Below are positions 36,052-46,476 of a stretch of DNA of 46,476 nucleotides, piece by piece. The position numbers and the translations under genes are program-made. The stretch comes from Alphaproteobacteria bacterium (GTDB lineage: Bacteria > Pseudomonadota > Alphaproteobacteria > SMXQ01): contig JAPUGG010000226.1 of the NCBI GenBank assembly GCA_027292975.1, positions 1-46,476 of the forward strand, given 5' to 3'. The notes beneath the pieces were generated by a model. That model had not been told where the DNA came from. It did not search any database and saw only the letters and a list, made by a program, of their open reading frames with translations. Every line of letters begins with the position of its first letter. The first letter of the stretch is position 1.

Positions 36052-37788
36052 ATGGAACAGACCACGGAAAATACGCCCCTTGCGGAAGAAACCACCGGCC
36101 TCGCCAGGCCCGAATTGATTCAGGTCGCCGATGCCGTCGCCCGGGAAAAGGCCATCGACCGGGAGGAGGTCCTGACCGCCATGGAGCAGGCGATCCAGAA
36201 GGCGGGCCGCTCCCGCTATGGCCAGGAACGCGATATCCGCGCCGAGATCGACCGCGCCACCGGCGAGATCACCCTGGCGCGCTACACCGAGGCGGTGGAG
36301 GAGGTAGAGGACGAGTTCACCCAGATCTCCTTGGAGGCGGCGCGCCAGGTCGATCCCGACATCGAACCGGGCGGCTTTCTCATCGACCGTCTGCCGCCCA
36401 TCGACTTCGGGCGCATCGCCGCGCAAACCGCGAAACAGGTGATCGTGCAAAAAGTGCGCGAAGCCGAACGCCAGCGCCAGTACGAGGAATACAAGGATCG
36501 CGCCGGCGAGATCGTGAACGGGCTCGTCAAGCGGGTCGAGTTCGGCAACGTGACCGTCGATCTCGGCCGGGGCGAGGCGGTGCTGCGTCGTGACGAGGCC
36601 CTGCCCCGTGAAAATCTGCGGACCTCCGAACGGGTGCGCGCTTATATCTATGACGTGCGCGAGGAGTTGCGCGGTCCCCAGATCTTCCTGTCCCGCACCC
36701 GGCCCGAATTCATGGCCAAACTGTTCGCCCAGGAAGTGCCGGAAATCTACGACGGCATCATCGAAATTAAGTCGGTGGCCCGGGATCCGGGAAGCCGCGC
36801 CAAGATCGCGGTCCTGTCCAACGATTCCTCGATAGATCCGGTAGGCGCCTGCGTCGGCATGCGCGGCAGCCGCGTCCAGGCGGTGGTGGCCGAGCTGCAG
36901 GGCGAAAAGATCGACATCATCCAGTGGTCGCCGGACCCCGCCACCTTCGTGGTCAACGCCCTGGCGCCGGCGGAAGTGACCAAGGTGGTGTTGGACGAGG
37001 ACCAGCAACGGATCGATGTGGTGGTGCCCGACGACCAGTTGTCCCTGGCCATCGGCCGTCGCGGACAAAATGTCCGCCTCGCCAGCCAACTTTCGGGTTG
37101 GGATATCCGCATCTTGACCGAGGCCCAGGAATCGGAGCAGCGCCAGGAATTCTTCCGCACCCGGTCGCAAATGTTCATCGACTCCCTCGATGTCGACGAT
37201 GTGATTGCCCACCTCCTGGTCACCGAAGGGTTTACCTCCATCGAGCAGGTCGCCTTCGTGCCCCAGCAAGAGCTGATCAATATCGAGGGATTCGAGGAGG
37301 ATATCGCCCAGGAGCTTTCCAACCGGGCGCAAGCTTATCTTGCCGAACAGGCGGAGAAATTTGCCGCCACACGGCGTGAACTGGGAATCGCCGACGACCT
37401 CGCGGATTTGCCGGCGCTTTCGCCCGATATGGTGGTGGCGCTCGCCAATGCCGGCATCAAGACCCGCGACCAGCTGGCCGAACTCGCCGGCTATGAATTG
37501 TCTGGATCCGAAGTGGAAGGCGAAGAAGGGGTTCTTCAGGATTTCGGCATGACCGAAAGCGACGGCAACGCCATCATCATGGAGGCCCGGGCCCATTGGT
37601 ACGAAGACGACGACGCCGAGGAAGAGGCCGAGGAAGAGGCCGTCGGCGAGGGCGGCGACGGCGATGAGGCGGAAAAGGGAGAGGTCGGCGCGGAAGGCGC
37701 GGAAGCCTCAGAGGCGGCGGCCGCCACGACCGAAACCGCGCCCGCGCAATCCGCCGGCAATCAAGAGAAACCGGCGACGGAGGGCTAA
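36052..37788 (+). CDS. nusA: Transcription termination/antitermination factor NusA (with an acidic C-terminal extension)
   Basis: ORF trimmed to ATG 36052. ELIQVADAVAREKAIDREEV..., S1 and two KH regions (GACVGMRGSRVQAV, AIGRRGQNVRLA), HhH repeats, and a D/E/A-rich tail. Confidence 0.96.
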   Translation: MEQTTENTPLAEETTGLARPELIQVADAVAREKAIDREEVLTAMEQAIQKAGRSRYGQERDIRAEIDRATGEITLARYTEAVEEVEDEFTQISLEAARQVDPDIEPGGFLIDRLPPIDFGRIAAQTAKQVIVQKVREAERQRQYEEYKDRAGEIVNGLVKRVEFGNVTVDLGRGEAVLRRDEALPRENLRTSERVRAYIYDVREELRGPQIFLSRTRPEFMAKLFAQEVPEIYDGIIEIKSVARDPGSRAKIAVLSNDSSIDPVGACVGMRGSRVQAVVAELQGEKIDIIQWSPDPATFVVNALAPAEVTKVVLDEDQQRIDVVVPDDQLSLAIGRRGQNVRLASQLSGWDIRILTEAQESEQRQEFFRTRSQMFIDSLDVDDVIAHLLVTEGFTSIEQVAFVPQQELINIEGFEEDIAQELSNRAQAYLAEQAEKFAATRRELGIADDLADLPALSPDMVVALANAGIKTRDQLAELAGYELSGSEVEGEEGVLQDFGMTESDGNAIIMEARAHWYEDDDAEEEAEEEAVGEGGDGDEAEKGEVGAEGAEASEAAAATTETAPAQSAGNQEKPATEG

Positions 37789-37797
37789 GCGGCGAAC

Positions 37798-38463
37798 ATG
37801 ACAGCGCGCGGCAGCCCTAGGGGGCATCGGTTGGTCGAGGGGCACTCGCGAGGCGCGGGCGATAGGCGATGCATCGTCAGCGGCCGGTCGTTGCCGCGCG
37901 CCCGGATGATCCGCTTCGTCGTCGGACCCGACCGGTCGCTGGTCGCGGATCTGGATCAACGCTTGCCGGGACGCGGGCTGTGGGCGGAGGCGCGCAAGGA
38001 CATCCTCGCCGAGGCGGCGTCGGGGCGGCATTTTCCCCGGGCCCTCAGGGGTCCCGTCGAAGTGCCGCCGGACCTCGTCCGGCGGGTGGAGGCCGGGCTA
38101 GCGGCGCGGTGCTCTAACCTGATCGGCCTTGCCCGCAGGGCCGGGGCCACCGTCGCCGGTTTCGAAAAAACCCGGGCTGCGCTGAAAGGCGGCACGGCGC
38201 ACCTGTTGATCAGCGCCCGGGATGGTGCTGCCGACGGACGCGGCAAGCTGACGGCGTTGGCCTCCGGCATCGCCCGGGCGGAAGGTCTCACTGCGGCGGA
38301 ACTGGGGGCCGTGTTCGGCCGCGAGGGCGTCGTCCATGTGGCGGTGACCGACGGCCGCTTCGCCCAGCGCATCGCCGGGGCATTGGCGCGGCTCGATGGC
38401 GTGCGCGGCGCCGCCGGCGACCAAGATGAATATTCCGGCGCCGCCGAGGTGCGACAGGGTTAG
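37798..38463 (+). CDS. YlxR-like DUF448 RNA-binding protein fused to an L7Ae-like domain
   Basis: RRCIVSGRSLPRARMIRFVV...LPGRGLW is the DUF448 signature. The C-terminal half, LIGLARRAGATVAGFEKT..., is L7Ae/YlxQ-like. It occupies the conserved position between nusA and infB. Confidence 0.85.
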   Translation: MTARGSPRGHRLVEGHSRGAGDRRCIVSGRSLPRARMIRFVVGPDRSLVADLDQRLPGRGLWAEARKDILAEAASGRHFPRALRGPVEVPPDLVRRVEAGLAARCSNLIGLARRAGATVAGFEKTRAALKGGTAHLLISARDGAADGRGKLTALASGIARAEGLTAAELGAVFGREGVVHVAVTDGRFAQRIAGALARLDGVRGAAGDQDEYSGAAEVRQG

Positions 38464-38481
38464 CAACAGAGTGGACCAGGT

Positions 38482-41001
<2,520 letters not shown>

Positions 41002-41059
41002 CCGGGTGTACCGTCTTGCCAAATCCGCAGCCCATGGGATCAGCCAGGGATGAATAGAA

Positions 41060-41482
41060 ATGCGTTCGCACGCGCCTAGCCAGCGCCAGCTTCGGGTCGG
41101 CGAAGAGTTGCGCCACGCGGTGGTCCGAATCCTCGATCACGCCCATTTCCGCGACCCCGACCTGGTGGCGGCCTCGATCACCGTGACCGAGGTCCGGGTC
41201 AGCCCCGACCTCAAGAACGCGACCGCCTTCGTCATACCGCTCGGCGGCCTGCAAATGGCCCGCGTGGTCGCCGCCCTCAACCGGGCCCAAGGTTATTTCC
41301 GCCGTGAACTGGGGCGGGAATTGGCGCTGAAGTTCGTGCCCTGTATCTGCTTCGCCGCCGATACTTCCTTTGAATATTCCTTGCGCATCGACGCCCTTTT
41401 GCGCCAGCCCGACGTCGAACGGGACCTGGAGGCCGACACCGAGGCGGTCCATGGGCAAGGCGAAGGGGATCATGGGCCGTAG
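41060..41482 (+). CDS. rbfA: Ribosome-binding factor A
   Basis: 140 aa. QRQLRVGEELRHAVVRIL... is RbfA-like, and the gene sits in the conserved position after infB. Confidence 0.92.
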   Translation: MRSHAPSQRQLRVGEELRHAVVRILDHAHFRDPDLVAASITVTEVRVSPDLKNATAFVIPLGGLQMARVVAALNRAQGYFRRELGRELALKFVPCICFAADTSFEYSLRIDALLRQPDVERDLEADTEAVHGQGEGDHGP

Positions 41483-42434
41483 GCGGAAGCCGCCGGTGGG
41501 CGCGCGCGCCATCGATGGCTGGCTCAATGTGGACAAGCCGCGCGGCATCAGTTCGGCGGGTGCCGTGGCACGCCTGCGCACCGCCCTTAGGCCCATGCGG
41601 ATCGGCCATGGCGGCACGCTGGACCCGCTCGCCACCGGGGTCTTGCCGGTGGCCCTAGGGGAAGCCACCAAGACCGTGGCCTTTGCCATTTCGGGCCGCA
41701 AATCCTATCGCTTTACCGTCTGCTTCGGGGAACGCCGGGATACCGACGACGCGGAGGGTGCGATCGTCGAAACCAGCGCGGTGCGTCCCATCGATGACGC
41801 CATCGGTGCCGCGCTCGGCCGCTTCGTCGGCACCATCCAACAAATGCCGCCGACCTTCTCGGCGCTGAAACAGGACGGCCGGCGCGCCTATGACCGGGCA
41901 CGCAAGGGCGAGCCCGTGGTCCTTCAGCCCAGGCCGGTGACGGTGCATGCGCTGCGTTTCGTGGGCCGGCCCGGCCGCGACCACGCCGTCTTCGAGGTCG
42001 ATTGCGGCAAGGGCTGCTACGTCCGCGCCCTGGCGCGCGACCTGGCGGCGGCGCTGGGCACGCTCGGTTACGTCTCCCAACTGCGCCGCACCCGGGTCGG
42101 GCCGTTTCGTGAAGAGGACGCAATTCCGCTGGATAATCTAATTGCTTTGGGGCATAGTGCGCGCGCTTTCGAGCACCTTTACCCGGTCGAGACCGTGCTG
42201 GACGACATCCCGGCTCTGGCCGTGACCGGACAAGAGGCCGCCGCCATACGGCAAGGGCGGCCGGTGAAGGTGCTCCGCACCGGTGGCCCCGGGCCCCGGG
42301 AGGGGAGTGCAGGCACTCCATCCTCCGAACTGTCCGACGGAATGGTCGTGTGCGCGATGGAGGGGACCACGCTGGTTGCCCTCGCCCGTTACCATGCCGG
42401 AGAAATCAGGCCGGTGCGCGTGTTGAACATGTGA
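41472..42434 (+). CDS. truB: tRNA pseudouridine(55) synthase
   Basis: GWLNVDKPRGISS and GHGGTLDPLATGVLPV motifs. ATG 41472 has GAAGGGGA upstream and overlaps rbfA by 11 nt. The alternative start is ATG 41451. Confidence 0.94.
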   Translation: MGRRRKPPVGARAIDGWLNVDKPRGISSAGAVARLRTALRPMRIGHGGTLDPLATGVLPVALGEATKTVAFAISGRKSYRFTVCFGERRDTDDAEGAIVETSAVRPIDDAIGAALGRFVGTIQQMPPTFSALKQDGRRAYDRARKGEPVVLQPRPVTVHALRFVGRPGRDHAVFEVDCGKGCYVRALARDLAAALGTLGYVSQLRRTRVGPFREEDAIPLDNLIALGHSARAFEHLYPVETVLDDIPALAVTGQEAAAIRQGRPVKVLRTGGPGPREGSAGTPSSELSDGMVVCAMEGTTLVALARYHAGEIRPVRVLNM

Positions 42435-42449
42435 TCTAAGGAGTAGTTG

Positions 42450-42719
42450 ATGTCGATCACGCCTGAAAAGAAGCAGGAGCTGGTGGGTGAATACGCCACC
42501 GGCGCCAACGATACCGGGTCCCCGGAGGTGCAAGTGGCGATCCTTTCGGAACGCATCGTCAACCTGACCGAGCATCTCAAGACCCATAATCACGATTTCC
42601 ACTCCCGGCGCGGCCTCATCATGATGGTGGGCAAGCGGCGCCGGTTGCTGGATTACCTTAAACGCAAGAAAGAAGACCGATACCAAAAGCTGATCCAGCG
42701 CCTCGGTTTGCGGCGCTGA
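42450..42719 (+). CDS. rpsO: 30S ribosomal protein S15
   Basis: 89 aa. [15 protein letters not shown]...[39 protein letters not shown] lies upstream. Confidence 0.97.
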   Translation: MSITPEKKQELVGEYATGANDTGSPEVQVAILSERIVNLTEHLKTHNHDFHSRRGLIMMVGKRRRLLDYLKRKKEDRYQKLIQRLGLRR

Positions 42720-42724
42720 TGACG

Positions 42725-42749
42725 CCTGGTCCGCATCGGGCGGACCGGG
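42725..42749 (+). promoter_or_regulatory. GC-rich hairpin in the rpsO-pnp intergenic leader (candidate processing or partial terminator structure)
   Basis: A 10-bp stem (42725-42734 pairing with 42740-42749; core GGTCCGC/GCGGACC) with the 5-nt loop ATCGG. No U-tract follows. Confidence 0.5.
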
Positions 42750-42773
42750 GCCCGTAGGCGGCAGGGCCGCGCG

Positions 42774-42805
42774 GGTAGGTAGGTTGGTTGGAAGGAAGGA
42801 AGGAA
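42774..42805 (+). repeat. Period-4 tract (GGTA)2(GGTT)2(GGAA)4 immediately upstream of the pnp start
   Basis: 32 nt of strict GGNN phasing, ending 8 nt before ATG 42814. The GGAAGGAAGGAAGG part provides multiple SD-like registers. Confidence 0.9.
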
Positions 42806-42813
42806 GACAACAG

Positions 42814-44949
<2,136 letters not shown>

Positions 44950-44968
44950 GCCAATGCTCAGGTGAATC

Positions 44969-44997
44969 GAGAAGGGCGGCCCGCGGCCGCCCTTCTC
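44969..44997. terminator. 13-bp GC-rich hairpin between convergent pnp and fabI (possible bidirectional terminator; no U-tract)
   Basis: GAGAAGGGCGGCC (44969-44981) pairs with GGCCGCCCTTCTC (44985-44997). It is flanked by further nested palindromes up to 45049. Confidence 0.45.
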
Positions 44998-45044
44998 ATT
45001 AGGGCCTTAATCAACCAACTGGTTGAATAAGGCCGGAAAATGCC

Positions 45045-45878
45045 CTAATCCCCGCCGCGATTGTTGATGCGTGCCGGCGACGGCATGCCGATGGCGTGGT
45101 AGCCGCAATCGACATGGTGGATTTCCCCGGTCACGCCGCGCGACAGGTCGGAGGCGAGATAGAGGCCGGCGGCGCCGATCTCCTCGATGGTTGCGTTGCG
45201 TTCCATCGGCGCCTGGGCAAAAGCCCAGCGATAGACGAAACGGGCGTCGGCGATGGCCGACCCGGCCAGCGTCTTTACCGGACCGGCGGAGATTGCATTG
45301 ACCCGCACCCCCCGGGGGCCGAGATCGTTGGCGAGATAGCGCACGCTGGCCTCCAACGCCGCCTTGGCGACGCCCATCACGTTGTAGTTCGGCGTCACCC
45401 GTTGGGCGCCGATATAGGTCATCGTTATCAGGCTGCCGCCCTCGCCCATCAAGGGGACGGCGGCGCGGGCGACGGCGGTGAAGGAATAACACGAGATCTC
45501 CAGCGTCTTGGTAAAATTGTCCTTGGAGGTGTTGAAGTAATTGCCCTTGAGTTCCGCCTTGTCGGAATAGGCGATGGCATGGATGACGAAGTCGAGCCCG
45601 CCCCAGCTGGCGCCGAGCGCGTCGAAGACGGCTTGGATATCGCCATCGTCGCCGACGTCGCATTTGATGACGAGATCGGACCCCACCGATTCGGCGAGTG
45701 GCCGGACGCGTTTGACGAAGAGGCCATCCTGGTAGGTGAAGGCGAGGGCCGCCCCGGCCCCGGCGAGCGCCCGGGCAATGCCCCAGGCGATCGAGCGCTC
45801 ATTGGCGACGCCCATGATAAGGCCGCGCTTGCCGGCCATCAGGCCCTGGGCGCCGGTCATCGCCGGTCCCTCAGCCAT
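45045..45878 (-). CDS. fabI: Enoyl-[acyl-carrier-protein] reductase (NADH) FabI
   Basis: [24 protein letters not shown]-terminus, ...[20 protein letters not shown]... The start is ATG 45878 (8-nt overlap with fabB) or ATG 45860. Confidence 0.94.
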   Translation of the reverse strand: MAEGPAMTGAQGLMAGKRGLIMGVANERSIAWGIARALAGAGAALAFTYQDGLFVKRVRPLAESVGSDLVIKCDVGDDGDIQAVFDALGASWGGLDFVIHAIAYSDKAELKGNYFNTSKDNFTKTLEISCYSFTAVARAAVPLMGEGGSLITMTYIGAQRVTPNYNVMGVAKAALEASVRYLANDLGPRGVRVNAISAGPVKTLAGSAIADARFVYRWAFAQAPMERNATIEEIGAAGLYLASDLSRGVTGEIHHVDCGYHAIGMPSPARINNRGGD

Positions 45879-46476
45879 CGAACTTCTTGAACACCAGGGA
45901 GGCGTTGGTCCCGCCGAAGCCGAACGAGTTCGACATCACGCAGTCGACGTCGACCCCTTCCTCGACCGTGCGCACGATCGGCATGCCCTCGGCACCGGGG
46001 TCGAGATTGTCGATATTCGCCGAGGCGACGAGAAAACCGTGTTCCATCATCAGCAGCGAATAAATCGCCTCGTGAACGCCGGTGGCGCCCTGGGAATGGC
46101 CGGCCAGCGACTTGGTCGACGAAATTTTGGGCGGGTTGTCGCCGAAAACCTCAGCTATGGCATCGAGTTCGGTAATGTCGCCGACCGGCGTCGAGGTGCC
46201 GTGGGAGTTGATATAGCCGACCGGCGTATCTTCGATCCCCTGGATCGCCAGGCGCATGCACCGCGCCGCGCCCTCGCCCGATGGCGCCACCATGTCGAGG
46301 CCGTCAGAGGTCGCGCCATAGCCGACCAGTTCGCCATAGATCTTGGCGCCCCGGGCGCGGGCGTGTTCGAGCTCCTCGAGCACCACGGTGCCGCCGCCGC
46401 CGGAGATGACGAACCCGTCGCGGTCGCGGTCGTAGGCGCGCGACGCGGCCTCGGGCCGGTCGTTGAACTTGCTCGA
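45871..46476 (-). CDS. fabB: 3-oxoacyl-[ACP] synthase I (FabB), C-terminal part (5' end lies outside the window)
   Basis: The frame is open to the window edge. ...[62 protein letters not shown]...[10 protein letters not shown]...[14 protein letters not shown] closely parallels E. coli FabB. Confidence 0.9.
   Translation of the reverse strand, partial: SSKFNDRPEAASRAYDRDRDGFVISGGGGTVVLEELEHARARGAKIYGELVGYGATSDGLDMVAPSGEGAARCMRLAIQGIEDTPVGYINSHGTSTPVGDITELDAIAEVFGDNPPKISSTKSLAGHSQGATGVHEAIYSLLMMEHGFLVASANIDNLDPGAEGMPIVRTVEEGVDVDCVMSNSFGFGGTNASLVFKKFDG

Noticed and set aside
38107-38120. GCGGTGCTCTAACC, a partial match to the dispersed motif inside the ylxR-like CDS.
   Set aside because: Only the 3' half matches, and it lies within coding sequence. 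It is treated as a chance occurrence and not counted as a copy.

Overview
This is a 46.5 kb, high-GC (roughly 65%) chromosomal segment. Gene content and order point to an alphaproteobacterium. The Fur, MucR and OlsBA sequences look Rhodospirillales-like, but that assignment is inference only. I support 43 protein-coding genes, two of them cut by the window edges, and almost all are core housekeeping genes. They include: a PiT phosphate transporter with its DUF47 partner; maeB; mutS; two tandem SDR paralogs plus an isochorismatase-like hydrolase; glnD-murJ-trpS; a TauE-like permease with an alpha-specific membrane protein and a Usp; a NifU-type Fe-S protein; three peptidoglycan-related genes (Bax-type glucosaminidase, polysaccharide deacetylase, ddpX); tsaB-rimI; a TusA-like gene; mucR; fur; olsB-olsA; the miaB-phoH-ybeY-corC-lnt operon, chained by 4-nt overlaps; an XRE regulator; metK-trmB; the rimP-nusA-ylxR-infB-rbfA-truB-rpsO-pnp supercluster; and fabI-fabB. 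I found no rRNA, tRNA, CRISPR, transposase, integrase, phage or recognisable defence genes. I also found no convincing novel multi-gene system; this looks like ordinary core genome. The features worth a second look are small-scale. First, a CTAG-containing word of about 17 nt (about CCGGAAAATGCTCTAG) recurs in intergenic gaps, once as an inverted pair. Second, trmB may be leaderless. Third, a promoter plus intrinsic terminator sits in the rimP-nusA-infB leader. Fourth, a hairpin and a period-4 (GGNN)8 tract lie in the rpsO-pnp leader. Fifth, GlnD and PhoH carry lysine/alanine/proline-rich tails; the PhoH tail is encoded by a 21-nt x3 tandem repeat. Sixth, the MucR/Ros homolog lacks three of the four zinc ligands and sits behind an AT-rich divergent promoter. 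Seventh, an island of about 32% GC lies upstream of the NifU-type gene. The many long antisense ORFs in the six-frame track are high-GC artefacts. All homology calls are from motif and sequence recognition by eye; no searches were run.
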